Of a stretch of 64,000 nucleotides of DNA, positions 40,072 through 52,272 are shown one piece after another (position 1 is the stretch's first letter; each line of letters starts with the position of its first letter). A program made the translations under genes and the position numbers. The notes beneath the pieces were generated by a model, which saw only the letters and a program-made list of their open reading frames with translations, was not told the DNA's origin and searched no databases. The DNA lies in sequence record SRR22947727_1573. The stretch is one strand, 5' to 3'.

Positions 40072-41565
40072 TTAGCTTGCGCCGCCCATGTAACTCGAAA
40101 TGATCCAGAAAATTAACATTGAGATCGTCGCCGCGGCCGGCACGGTAATCACCCATGCGGCGATGATTGTCAGGAAGTGACTGCGGCGCACCAATTTGCG
40201 ACGGCGGCGTTCTTCTTTTGGCTGTTCTACGGCCTGTGGAACGGTCATCCGCGCCCGTTTCATCCGGCGCTGCGAGTCCCACTCGCGAAAGAAGCCCACG
40301 CCGAAAACACCGCCAACAGCGATATGGGTTGAGCTGACCGGCAGGCCCAACCAGCTGGCGACAATCACAGTAATGGCCGCTGAAAGCGCCACGCAATAGG
40401 CCCGCATCGGATTGAGTTTGGTAATTTGACCGCCCACCATGCGGATCAATTTTGGCCCAAACAAAAACAGGCCAAACGAAATCCCCAAGGCACCGATGGC
40501 CATCACCCAGAGCGGAATAGACACTGCATCTGCGAAACCGCCTGAGGCCGAAGCCTGCACAATCGCGGCCAGCGGTCCAACCGCATTGGCCACATCATTT
40601 GCTCCATGAGCAAAACTGAGCAACGCTGCGGATACAACCAAGGGGATGCCGAAGAGCTTTTTGAGAGACTTATTGCGGTTTTCCAACCCCTCAGCTTGCT
40701 TGCGCACGACCGGGATCATGACCAACCAAATGATGACACCCAAAACAAGACCAATCATCAAAGCCGAGGAAAAATCGATTTTCATGATTTTCTTTAGGCC
40801 CTTGAGCGCCAAATAAACGGAAAATGCCCCGCCCATAATCCCAACCAAAACCGGCACCCAAACACGCGCCGCGGAGATTTTATCATCACGATATACAATC
40901 CGGTTTTTGATAAACCAAAGAAACAGGGCGGCAATTATCCCGCCCAAGACCGGTGAAATTACCCAGCTTGCGGCGATTTTATACATGGTTGGCCAGTTCA
41001 CAGCTGCAAATCCCGCAGCTGCGATCCCTGCCCCCATTACGCCGCCAACAACAGAATGGGTGGTCGAAACGGGCGCGCCGACCCAAGTGGCCAGATTAAC
41101 CCAGAGCGCGGCGGACAATAGCGCTGCGAGCATGGCCCAGATAAAGATGGACGCTGTTTGCATACTTTGAGGCGCAATAATGCCCTTTGCGATGGTCGAA
41201 ACGACGTCTCCACCTGCAAGCATGGCGCCAGCACTTTCAAACACTGCTGCAATGGCAATGGCCCCGCCCATCGTCAAAGCATTGGCCCCCACTGCGGGCC
41301 CCATATTATTGGCCACATCATTGGCGCCGATATTCAGCGCCATATAGGCCCCAAAGCCAGCAGCGATCACCACGACAAGCGTATTGCCGGTTTGACCAAA
41401 GAGATAGAAAGCAACAAGTCCCGCAAGGAGTATAAAGACCAATGACACCCCAAGCCCCATCATCGGGCGGGAGGCATAGGCCGTTGCCTGCTCTAGGGCC
41501 GAGAATCGATTTAAATCTCGATCTAGAGTTTCCAAGTGTCGTTGGTCGAGATCATTCTGAGCCAT
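40072..41565 (-). CDS. pit: Inorganic phosphate transporter, PiT family
   Basis: Two GANDVAN signatures; PVSTTH and PVSSTH motifs. Confidence 0.93.
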   Translation of the reverse strand: MAQNDLDQRHLETLDRDLNRFSALEQATAYASRPMMGLGVSLVFILLAGLVAFYLFGQTGNTLVVVIAAGFGAYMALNIGANDVANNMGPAVGANALTMGGAIAIAAVFESAGAMLAGGDVVSTIAKGIIAPQSMQTASIFIWAMLAALLSAALWVNLATWVGAPVSTTHSVVGGVMGAGIAAAGFAAVNWPTMYKIAASWVISPVLGGIIAALFLWFIKNRIVYRDDKISAARVWVPVLVGIMGGAFSVYLALKGLKKIMKIDFSSALMIGLVLGVIIWLVMIPVVRKQAEGLENRNKSLKKLFGIPLVVSAALLSFAHGANDVANAVGPLAAIVQASASGGFADAVSIPLWVMAIGALGISFGLFLFGPKLIRMVGGQITKLNPMRAYCVALSAAITVIVASWLGLPVSSTHIAVGGVFGVGFFREWDSQRRMKRARMTVPQAVEQPKEERRRRKLVRRSHFLTIIAAWVITVPAAATISMLIFWIISSYMGGAS

Positions 41566-41781
41566 GCTAATACATCCCTGCTATGTTCGCGGACCCGATA
41601 GCAGTTTCGCGTAAATTTCACAAACATTATTGCAAATTTGGTGCGCCACCACTTGTGGCAGGTCACCTTTCTCTACCGCAGCAGAGCAAAACAAACCGAA
41701 GGACACGCAGACTGTGAATATCGCTGGTAAATTCAAATTTTCCTAAAAAATATACCTTCATCGCCGTTTTCGGGCGGGAGA

Positions 41782-41958
41782 TCATTTTCCGTCGCGGGCA
41801 GATTTTTCTTCGCGCGTGAGCTTATTGTTCCATGTGTTGTTGCTCAAGCCCAGCTCACTGGGCAAGGGCTTGGTTTTTCCCACACTGATTTGCCCACCTT
41901 TGTTCAGAAATTCCTGAACAAGCGCGTCATCGGTGGTTTCTTTGGGAATATGCTTCAT
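41782..41958 (-). CDS. Small hypothetical protein (58 aa, MKHIPKETTDDALVQEFLNKGGQI...)
   Basis: Manual translation below the ORF-track cutoff; AAGGTGG RBS; natural-looking charged sequence. Confidence 0.7.
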   Translation of the reverse strand: MKHIPKETTDDALVQEFLNKGGQISVGKTKPLPSELGLSNNTWNNKLTREEKSARDGK

Positions 41959-42026
41959 AAAGCCACCTTAGCCACAGCACAGGCCGCTTGTCACCCTCAA
42001 ATTACGGGCAATGAGGCTCTGACGGT

Positions 42027-42872
42027 TCAGTCAATCACCAATGCCGGCAAGGACTTCACCAAATCATCCACCGCTTTCATTTGCGTCAAAAATGGTTTGA
42101 TCAAATCCAAAGGCAGGGCGCTCGGCCCATCGCACAATGCCTGATCGGGGTCGGGATGCGCTTCAAGAAACAATCCGGCAATACCCACGGCCAAGCCTGC
42201 CCGGCCCAGCTCAGCAATTTGTCCGCGCCGCCCGCCAGAGACCGCAGCACCGGCCGCGCGGGTTTGTAAAGCATGGGTCACGTCGAAAATAATCGGCGCG
42301 TCATCGCTGCAATCCTTCATCGTCCGAAGGCCCAGCATGTCAACCACCAAATTGTCATAACCAAAGCAGGTCCCACGCTCACAGAGCAGAATTTTCTTAC
42401 TGCCACATTCACGAATTTTTCCAACCAAATTTTGAATCTGCGGTGGGCTCATAAACTGTGGTTTCTTGACATTGATCACCGCATCAGTCGCCGCAACAGC
42501 CGCAATCAAATCGGTTTGCCGCGCCAAGAAGGCGGGCACTTGCAAGATATCGCAGACCTCAGCCACTGGCGCGGCCTGGGAAATTTCGTGCACGTCCGTC
42601 AAAACCGGCACACCAAATGTTTGCTTGACCTCTTGCAACACCTTGAGACCCTCGTCGAGTCCGGGTCCACGGAAAGAGTGAATGGAGGAGCGATTGGCCT
42701 TGTCAAAAGAGGCTTTGAATATATAGGGCAGGCTCAATTCACCCGTGGCCTGCACGAATGCTTCGGCCACGCGCATCACCAGATCGCGGCTCTCAATCAC
42801 ATTCATTCCACCGATCAAACTCATCGGTCGATGATTGCCTAGGGTCATATTCGCGACGGCAATTTCAGTCAT
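42027..42872 (-). CDS. kdsA: Kdo-8-phosphate synthase
   Basis: [27 protein letters not shown] and CDGPSA motifs; N-terminal GGMNVIES. Confidence 0.96.
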   Translation of the reverse strand: MTEIAVANMTLGNHRPMSLIGGMNVIESRDLVMRVAEAFVQATGELSLPYIFKASFDKANRSSIHSFRGPGLDEGLKVLQEVKQTFGVPVLTDVHEISQAAPVAEVCDILQVPAFLARQTDLIAAVAATDAVINVKKPQFMSPPQIQNLVGKIRECGSKKILLCERGTCFGYDNLVVDMLGLRTMKDCSDDAPIIFDVTHALQTRAAGAAVSGGRRGQIAELGRAGLAVGIAGLFLEAHPDPDQALCDGPSALPLDLIKPFLTQMKAVDDLVKSLPALVID

Positions 42873-43015
42873 ATCTTTGGCTTTCTACATATCTCTTTAG
42901 CCTGTTCATAGCATAGTTTTACAGGTTTCAAAGCCATCACCTTTGCCCTTGGATATCTCGTCATATCAGTGTAGTTTTCGGCAACTTCTTTGAGCAGACT
43001 TGGGGCCAGTCGACC

Positions 43016-44017
43016 ATGAAAAACCCGATCGATCCCGCCGCATCCGCCCTCTCGGCCGTGGCTTGTTTTTCCGCCGGCATGTCCCAATTGCAGCAAGCCG
43101 TGGACTCAGCGCAGATGCGCGGCGTGATCGCCGGAGCTGCGGATTTGATCTTTGCCATGAAGGGCCGGCTCATTCTATCGGGGGTTGGCAAAAGCGGACA
43201 TGTGGCGCGGAAACTGGCCGCGACTTTCGCCTCCACCGGCACGCCGGCCTATTTTGTCCATGCGGCCGAGGCCAGCCATGGCGATCTGGGTATGATCCAA
43301 AATGACGATGTTGTGATGCTTCTCTCTTGGTCGGGTGAAACGGGTGAATTGGCCGATATTATCGCCTATGCCGCGCGCTTTGACGTACCCATTGTTGCGA
43401 TAACCGGCAAAGCCGAGGGCACATTGGCCCGCCGCGCGCAATATCCCATCGTTCTGCCTGCAGCCCAAGAGGCTTGCCCGCATAATCTGGCGCCCACCAC
43501 CTCGACCCTGTTGCAAATGGCAATGGGGGATGCGCTGGCCATTACCTTGCTGAAAATGCGGGGTTTCACTGAGGAAAGTTTTCGCAACTTCCATCCCGGT
43601 GGGAAGCTTGGCGCTGTCCTGCAGCCGGTTCGTGAATTTATGCACCAGGGTGATGAGCTGCCACTTCTGGATCAATCTGCCCCTGTCTTTGATGTGGTGG
43701 CCGAAATCTCGAATAAAGGATTTGGCATTGTCGGCTTGCTTGATGCGGCCGGCCATCTGAGCGGCGTGATAACGGACGGTGACATTCGCAGATATTTAGA
43801 AAAAAACGCCAATGGCATGATGCAGGATGTGATGTGGTCCAACCAGGCCCAAGACATCATGAGCCCCGCCCCTGTCACCCTGCGGCCGGAAAATCTAGGG
43901 GCACGATCTTTGCATACGCTGCAAACAAGGAAAATCTCTGCCGCCTTTGTCTTAGACGATGGCTGCCCGATTGGATTGGTCACAGTGTTACAGCTGTTGC
44001 AGCGCGGTGTTGCCTAA
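43016..44017 (+). CDS. kdsD: KpsF/GutQ arabinose-5-phosphate isomerase
   Basis: SIS domain (GVGKSGHV, EASHGDLG, APTTST, FHPGGKLG) plus a CBS pair. Confidence 0.9.
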   Translation: MKNPIDPAASALSAVACFSAGMSQLQQAVDSAQMRGVIAGAADLIFAMKGRLILSGVGKSGHVARKLAATFASTGTPAYFVHAAEASHGDLGMIQNDDVVMLLSWSGETGELADIIAYAARFDVPIVAITGKAEGTLARRAQYPIVLPAAQEACPHNLAPTTSTLLQMAMGDALAITLLKMRGFTEESFRNFHPGGKLGAVLQPVREFMHQGDELPLLDQSAPVFDVVAEISNKGFGIVGLLDAAGHLSGVITDGDIRRYLEKNANGMMQDVMWSNQAQDIMSPAPVTLRPENLGARSLHTLQTRKISAAFVLDDGCPIGLVTVLQLLQRGVA

Positions 44018-44026
44018 GACGGGGCG

Positions 44027-44833
44027 CTAGGGCCAGCCTTTGGTCTGAAGCACCTTCTCGATCCGAGCCACATCCACAGGATTGTTCAGCTCCCAAAAAA
44101 CGCGGCCCTGAGCATCCACCAAAACACATCTAATTTTTACGCCATGTTCGAGTAAACGCAACTGCTCGAGCCCCTCCAGACGCTCCAAACTTCGTTCCGG
44201 CCAGCGGATATATCGCGCCAAACTGGTCGGGCGATACGCATAGGCCCCAACATGGTGATAGACGGGGGTTTGCTCATCGTCAGCATAGGTTTTGTCGGTG
44301 AAGGGCAATACCTCTTTCGAAAAGTATAGCGCATCCCAATTTTGATCGAAGACTGCGGTTGTGCCACCAACCCGTCCATTGCGGCGATCTTCACGAAACA
44401 TATTCAATGTCAGCCCATCGCATCGCAGCACCGGCGTCGCCATCTCAACAGTCGAATCGCCTTTCATCTCCTCTATCAAAGCTGTGATAAACCACGGCGG
44501 GGTCAGCGGCGCATCCCCTTGCAAATTAACCACAATATCCGCAGGCTCTGGCAATTTCTGAACGGCTTCCGCAACCCTCTCTGTCCCGTTGCGACAGATC
44601 GGCGAGGTCATAATCACTTGGCCGCCAAAGTTATGAACCGCATCAGCGATGCGCTGATCATCCGTGGCCACAAATATCTCATCAACACTGGGCACATCGC
44701 AGGCTGTCTCCCAACTGCGTTGAATAAGTGACTTGCGCGCGCCAGTAGAGCCGGTCAACATTGCCAAAGGCTTGCCTTCAAATCGCGTTGACGCATAACG
44801 CGCGGGGATAATGATCACGGTTTTATCTGTCAT
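44027..44833 (-). CDS. kdsB: CMP-Kdo synthetase
   Basis: IIPARYASTRFEGKPL, NLQGDAP and LEGLEQLRLLE motifs. Confidence 0.93.
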   Translation of the reverse strand: MTDKTVIIIPARYASTRFEGKPLAMLTGSTGARKSLIQRSWETACDVPSVDEIFVATDDQRIADAVHNFGGQVIMTSPICRNGTERVAEAVQKLPEPADIVVNLQGDAPLTPPWFITALIEEMKGDSTVEMATPVLRCDGLTLNMFREDRRNGRVGGTTAVFDQNWDALYFSKEVLPFTDKTYADDEQTPVYHHVGAYAYRPTSLARYIRWPERSLERLEGLEQLRLLEHGVKIRCVLVDAQGRVFWELNNPVDVARIEKVLQTKGWP

Positions 44834-44919
44834 ACCCTCTGACTTAAGAGATTACGCGGGGGTAATCAAAAGAATTATCCCCGCGCATCGCGCTGCCCTG
44901 CAAAAGCGGCTCTGCCAAA

Positions 44920-45238
44920 TCAGAAATTATGCTCGACATTGAAAGTCAGTGATCCATTTTTCGTGTCTGCGACATTGTCAAACTCCACGGTGGCATTGAA
45001 AAGGGTCAAGCCATCCCCAGAGGCCGACGAATATCCAAGTGCCGCGCCGGTTCCGCAGTCGCGGCTTCCCCCCACACCCCGTGTTGCGCGACAGGTCAAT
45101 CGTGGCGAGAGAGAGAAATTTGCGACTGCGGCGCCATCACGACCATCGCCCAGCGGCCATTTAATTTGCGGCATGAACATCAGCTGCCCCATCTAACTGG
45201 CGTGAAAAATGTACAGGCAAATGAAAAAGGTCTTTCAT
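44920..45238 (-). pseudogene. Remnant of an outer-membrane beta-barrel/autotransporter-like gene
   Basis: 90-aa ORF of alternating beta-strands with a Cys pair, ending ..LTFNVEHNF (terminal Phe) and preceded by an in-frame stop; out-of-frame ATG at 45238. Confidence 0.5.
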
Positions 45239-45325
45239 TGTTAATTCCGATAGTTTCGCCTTCGAGAGCAAATGGTTTCAAAGCAGCCGTGAGTGTGGGT
45301 CCGCGTGCGATTGCTAAGGTTCGAC

Positions 45326-45342
45326 GGTTAAAGTGCCCTTAA
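45326..45342 (-). promoter_or_regulatory. CtrA-box-like site
   Basis: Minus strand reads TTAA-GGGCACT-TTAACC, matching TTAA-N7-TTAAC. Confidence 0.6.
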
Positions 45343-45741
45343 AGGTGTTAAAAATGTTTGCACTAGATGTATAAAATTAAAGATGATCCTATCAAAAACA
45401 GGGAAAGCCCTCAAATCTATAAATGTATTAAATTCAATGCACTAAAGGATAGTGTCACTCTCAAATTTCTAAAAGAAGTTCAAAAGGTGAGAGAGGTGCA
45501 CAGCTTTTGAGACCACCTCGAGGCAACCATGAAACACTGCCCCAACCGCACTTGGTGAGACATTATTCAGGCCTCGCACACAGCGCATGCGGCAGGCAGT
45601 TTTATGGACCTTTGGTCAGGAAAGGCTCACAAGCCCCCGCAACACCGACACTGCAGAGCGCGGCGGTTCGGTGCATTCGCCCATCCATCCCCTGTCATGA
45701 CACAGCCGGCGGTTGAAGATAATGTTTGCCGGCTTATTTGA

Positions 45742-48003
<2,262 letters not shown>

Positions 48004-48030
48004 TCCACAACCAAACACCGACTAAATTAG

Positions 48031-48060
48031 AAAAGCCCGCTCGCAAGAGCGGGCTTTTTT
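48031..48060 (+). terminator. Intrinsic (bidirectional-type) terminator after katG
   Basis: AAAAGCCCGCTC-GCAA-GAGCGGGCTTTTTT. Confidence 0.92.
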
Positions 48061-48218
48061 ATTTGACTTTAAAGCCGAACGATAAAAAGATTGCGCTCGA
48101 GGCAACGAGCTGAACCAAGTTTGCCGATGAATAATATGTTGTACAAAAGCTCAAACGCGGCCAAATTGTGGCCAGTTGCAGAGTTATAATGCGATTAAGT
48201 AATTTCGGGAGAAAACCA

Positions 48219-49299
48219 ATGAAACTGAGCCTACTACCTGCGATTCTATTGACCACAACTGCATCCATCGCACAGGCCCGGTGGGTTTGAAGCTCAAACC
48301 CTCGACACGGGCTTCATGTACGAAGAGGACGCTGTTTTAACCGCCTCCACTGCGTCACTGAATTCCAACCTCACCGAGGCGAACGGCACGAAGATTTTGA
48401 AAGATCAAAATTTTACGAATTTTTCGATCAAGTCGAAAGTTGGGCCCCTCGACGTCGGACTGACCACATATCGCTCTGGTGCCATCCAAATGAGCGGTGC
48501 GGCCAGCCCTACCTTATCACCTAACCCAATCCCCAATGCAGATGCGAATATTGAAACGCTTACGGCATTGCTTAAATATGACTTAAGTGAAAGTTTTTCA
48601 GTCTTAGCTGGCATCAACAGTGATAAACTCGGCACATCTGTCATCAGCACACCGGCAGGTCGCTATGACATTTCAAGCAGCTCAGGCACGGGCTACCTTG
48701 CCGGCGTCACCTATTCGCGACCCGCTATCGCACTGCGAGTCGAATTGCGGCTGCAAAGCGAGTCTTATTTTTCAACGACAACAAACTATACTTCTCCAAC
48801 CGGCACCACGCCGTTTCCATCGCCTCTCGCAACATCTCTCAAACGTCCGCAAACCATGACGTTGAATTTTCAATCTGGCATCGCCGCGGATACATTGCTC
48901 TTCGGTTCCGTGCATCGCGCAAAATGGGGCGCAACACCGATTACCGTCGGCGCAGCCCCAACCCACGGCCAAGCCGCGATCAACAACAGCTTTAGCGATT
49001 CAACGAAATACAGCATCGGACTTGGGCGCAAGTTTTCAGACAAGATTTCAGCCTCGCTGTCCTACACCCGAGAAGCCGGTGTTGGAGCAACCGATACCAG
49101 CCTCTTCACAATTTCAGGGGGCAATCAATCCTATAACTTGGGAGTAAAGTATACGCTCAGCGAGACCACCAGCATCAGCGCAGGCTACAGCAGAACAGAG
49201 TTTGATGATGTGACCATCACGGGATATGGCCCCACCTCGCCCGTTTAGACCGGCAATTCAGCCAATACATTTGGTGTAAAACTTCAAGTCAATTTTTGA
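48219..49299 (+). pseudogene. Outer-membrane beta-barrel protein (FadL/OmpP1-like porin) disrupted by a +1 frameshift and a nonsense codon
   Basis: Signal peptide MKLSLLPAILLTTTASIAQA then an extra C at 48277-48279; in-frame TAG at 49246-49248, after which the frame reads TGNSANTFGVKLQVNF*. Confidence 0.8.
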
Positions 49300-49306
49300 G
49301 CACTGA

Positions 49307-49337
49307 GCGCCACAGGGGGCCCTATCGCCTGTGGCGC
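49307..49337. terminator. Hairpin between convergent genes
   Basis: GCGCCACAGG...CCTGTGGCGC perfect 10-bp stem. Confidence 0.55.
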
Positions 49338-49346
49338 GCACCCCAT

Positions 49347-49778
49347 CTATAGCAGCCGCTCCAAAATAGCCCGCAGCGCAGCTGTCATAGGCATCGGCCG
49401 CCGCGTTTCACGATCCACATAGACATGCACGAAGTGGCCCTGCGCAGCGGCGCTTTGCGCCTCACCGCGAAAGAGGCCGACCTCATAGGTCACCGATGAC
49501 GTGCCCAGCTTACGCAATTTGATCCCTGCTGTGACAAGATCAGGAAAAGCCAATTCGCTGAAATAGTGACAGCCCGTTTCGACCACCAAAAACACCCCAG
49601 CGCCGCCCCGGAGATCCAACGCGCCCTGCTCCAGCAAATGCCCATTCACAGCCGTATCAAAAAGCTGATAATGCACAGCATTGTTCATATGCCCATAGAT
49701 ATCGTTGTCGATCCAACGGGTGGTGAGGGTCGAAAAGGCGCGATATTGCGCGCGGGTGGTCGGAGCGGGTCTCACCAA
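49347..49778 (-). CDS. Acyl-CoA thioesterase (4HBT/YbgC hotdog family)
   Basis: RWIDNDIYGHMNNAVHY and LGTSSVTY motifs. Confidence 0.9.
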   Translation of the reverse strand: MVRPAPTTRAQYRAFSTLTTRWIDNDIYGHMNNAVHYQLFDTAVNGHLLEQGALDLRGGAGVFLVVETGCHYFSELAFPDLVTAGIKLRKLGTSSVTYEVGLFRGEAQSAAAQGHFVHVYVDRETRRPMPMTAALRAILERLL

Positions 49779-50926
49779 GCGGCCTCATAAATTTTCAGAG
49801 CCGCGGCCTCATCGACAGGACGCGGATTATTCACCAAAAGACGCGTTTGATTCATGGCGTCTCGCGCCAGGATTGGCAGCGCCTCGCGCGCGATGCCCAT
49901 GTCTCGCAAGCCTTGCTCAAGCCCGCAAGCCCGGCTCAAATCAGCCATACTTTCAGCAAACTGCAGGGCCGCCTCCGCCACGCTCATTGCGGGTAGATCC
50001 GGAAAAACATGTGGCAAGAGCGCCGCATAGGCCTGGGGCGCAACCTGCGCATTGAAGCGCAAGACATGCGGCAGAACCAAAGCATTCGAGAGCCCATGCG
50101 GGACCTTATAGTGTCCCCCAATTGGATAGGCCAAGGCATGCACGGCCGCCACGGGCGAATTGGCAAAGGCTTGACCGGCCAACATGGAGCCCAAAAGCAT
50201 ACCCGTACGCGCTTCGAGATCATCAGGCTTTTGCACGGCCCGCAACAGCATACGGCCCATGAGCCCCAGCGCCTCGACCGCCAGCGCACGGCTGATTGGA
50301 TTGTTGTTGGCATTGACACTGGCGTAGGCTTCAATCGCATGAACCATGGCATCAATACCAGTTGCAGCCGTCACATGCGCCGGCAATCCAAGCGTCAGTT
50401 CCGGATCAAGCAGTGCCATATCCGGCAAAAGCAAAGGGCTCACCACGCCCATTTTCTCCGATGCCCCGGTGGTTACAATCGAAATTGGCGTCACCTCTGA
50501 GCCAGTCCCCGCAGTGGTTGGCACCAAAACCAGCGGCAAGCGCGGACCCTGTGCGTTGCCAATCCCGTAAGCTTCCGCCAATGGCTGATTTGAAGCGGCC
50601 AAAAGCGCGGCCAGTTTGGCCACATCCAAGGACGACCCGCCACCAAATCCAATCACCCCGGTTTTTCCGAGCGCTTGCTGAGCGGCCTGCAAAACGATTT
50701 CCTCTGATGGATCGGCTTGCACCTGATCAAAGAGCGTCACCTCCACGCCAGCCGCGCGCAGGCAATCTGTCGCCTGCTGCACAAGGCCGGTGGCCATCAT
50801 GCCCGGGTCAGTGACCAAAAGCACCCGATCGCCGCAAATTGGGCGCGTGATCTGCCCCAACTCACCAGCCAAGCCCGCCCCCATACGCAGGCTCGGGGTG
50901 GTGTTAAAACTGAAGGGGTTCATCAT
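49772..50926 (-). CDS. Iron-containing alcohol dehydrogenase
   Basis: GGGSSLD, PTTAGTGSE, DAMVHAIE and HALAY..H..PHG metal ligands. Confidence 0.92.
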   Translation of the reverse strand: MMNPFSFNTTPSLRMGAGLAGELGQITRPICGDRVLLVTDPGMMATGLVQQATDCLRAAGVEVTLFDQVQADPSEEIVLQAAQQALGKTGVIGFGGGSSLDVAKLAALLAASNQPLAEAYGIGNAQGPRLPLVLVPTTAGTGSEVTPISIVTTGASEKMGVVSPLLLPDMALLDPELTLGLPAHVTAATGIDAMVHAIEAYASVNANNNPISRALAVEALGLMGRMLLRAVQKPDDLEARTGMLLGSMLAGQAFANSPVAAVHALAYPIGGHYKVPHGLSNALVLPHVLRFNAQVAPQAYAALLPHVFPDLPAMSVAEAALQFAESMADLSRACGLEQGLRDMGIAREALPILARDAMNQTRLLVNNPRPVDEAAALKIYEAAW

Positions 50927-50941
50927 AGGCCCAAGTCCTTC

Positions 50942-52177
50942 TTAGATTTTTTCCTGCGTGTGCTTACGCAGCTCCGCCCGGGCCACTTGCCGCCGGTGTA
51001 CCGCATCCGGACCATCCGCCAGGCGCAGGGTCCGCAGATGCATCCAATAGGCAGCCAAAGGGGTATCTTGACTGATACCGCCCGCCCCATGCAGCTGAAT
51101 GGCCTCATCCACCACCTTCAAAGCCATGAGTGGCGCCACAACTTTGATCTTGGAGATCCAAGGCGCCGCGGCCCGTGGATCGCCTTGGTCCATCATCCAA
51201 GCCGCCTTCAGACAGAGCAATCGCGCCATCTCAATTTCCATGCGCGCATCCGCGATGATGTCAAAATTCGCACCCAATTGCGCCAAGGGCTTGCCAAAGG
51301 CTGTTCGGCTCAAACTGCGTTTGCACATAAGCTCCAGCGCCGCCTCCGCTTGGCCAATCGCCCGCATGCAATGATGAATGCGCCCGGGACCAAGCCGGCC
51401 TTGGGCAATCTCAAAACCGCGCTCCTCGCCCAGCAGCATGTTTTCGGCCGCGACTCGCACATTGGTGAAGCGCAAGTGATAATGCCCATGCGGCGCGTCA
51501 TCATGGCCGTAAATCTCCATGGGCCGCAGTTTCTCAATGCCCGGCGTGGCCGCATCAACGACGATCATTGAATGGCGCTTGTGCTTGGGCGCATCTTCGG
51601 CACCGGTTTTCACCATCACGATATAGACCGCACAGCGCGGATCACCCGCGCCACTGGCCCACCATTTTTCGCCGTTGAGCACATAGTCATCGCCGTCCCG
51701 CACGCAGCTCAAGCTCAAATTCGTCGCATCCGAGGACGCCACATCCGGCTCGGTCATCACATAGGCAGATCGGATTTCCCCTGCCAAAAGCGGCGCAAGC
51801 CAGCGGGTTTTCATCTCTTCAGTGCCATAGCGCTCAAAGACTTCCATATTGCCCGTATCCGGCGCCGAACAGTTGAACACCTCGGCGGCCAAGGGTGATT
51901 TGCCCAGCTCCTCAGCCATGTAGGCATATTCCACCGTTGTCAGGCCAAAGCCTTTGTCGCTGCCGGTCAGCCAAAAATTCCACAGACCTTCCGCTCGGAC
52001 CTTATCTTTCAGCCCGGTCATGATCTCCACCTGACGATCGGTCAATGTCCAGCGGTCCCCCTTGGAAACCTCCGCATGATATTCCACTTCTAAGGGCATA
52101 ATATCATTTCGAATAATTTCAGAAACGCGGTCCCGCAGCTTGGCGACACGCTCTGACAGTCCAAGGTTCATTTCCAT
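50942..52177 (-). CDS. Acyl-CoA dehydrogenase, ACAD10/11-LvaC-FadE2-like subfamily
   Basis: FNCSAPDTGNMEV, MTEPDVASSDATN, RLGPGRIHHCMR and RLADGPDAVH motifs. Confidence 0.9.
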   Translation of the reverse strand: MEMNLGLSERVAKLRDRVSEIIRNDIMPLEVEYHAEVSKGDRWTLTDRQVEIMTGLKDKVRAEGLWNFWLTGSDKGFGLTTVEYAYMAEELGKSPLAAEVFNCSAPDTGNMEVFERYGTEEMKTRWLAPLLAGEIRSAYVMTEPDVASSDATNLSLSCVRDGDDYVLNGEKWWASGAGDPRCAVYIVMVKTGAEDAPKHKRHSMIVVDAATPGIEKLRPMEIYGHDDAPHGHYHLRFTNVRVAAENMLLGEERGFEIAQGRLGPGRIHHCMRAIGQAEAALELMCKRSLSRTAFGKPLAQLGANFDIIADARMEIEMARLLCLKAAWMMDQGDPRAAAPWISKIKVVAPLMALKVVDEAIQLHGAGGISQDTPLAAYWMHLRTLRLADGPDAVHRRQVARAELRKHTQEKI

Positions 52178-52234
52178 ATCCGCGCCCTCAATGTTCCAGT
52201 GATATTTTGCCCTTTACAGGCCTCCCTTTCATGA

Positions 52235-52254
52235 AACATACTCGCCAGTATGTT
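52235..52254. promoter_or_regulatory. Putative TetR operator in the divergent promoter
   Basis: Perfect inverted repeat AACATACT-CGCC-AGTATGTT. Confidence 0.7.
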
Positions 52255-52272
52255 GTCAATGGAAGCCAAGTG

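Noticed and set aside
41600-41700. Pho box upstream of pit
   Set aside because: No recognisable CTGTCAT 11-bp direct repeats
45507-45716. 69-aa ORF upstream of katG
   Set aside because: TTG start, no recognisable motif and atypical composition
48184-48198. CtrA-like site upstream of the porin pseudogene (a similar one lies at 39972-39986)
   Set aside because: One mismatch in AT-rich DNA; expected by chance
49246-49248. Programmed amber readthrough (pyrrolysine-like) in the OMP gene
   Set aside because: No supporting machinery is visible and the same gene also has a frameshift; simple nonsense mutation is more parsimonious
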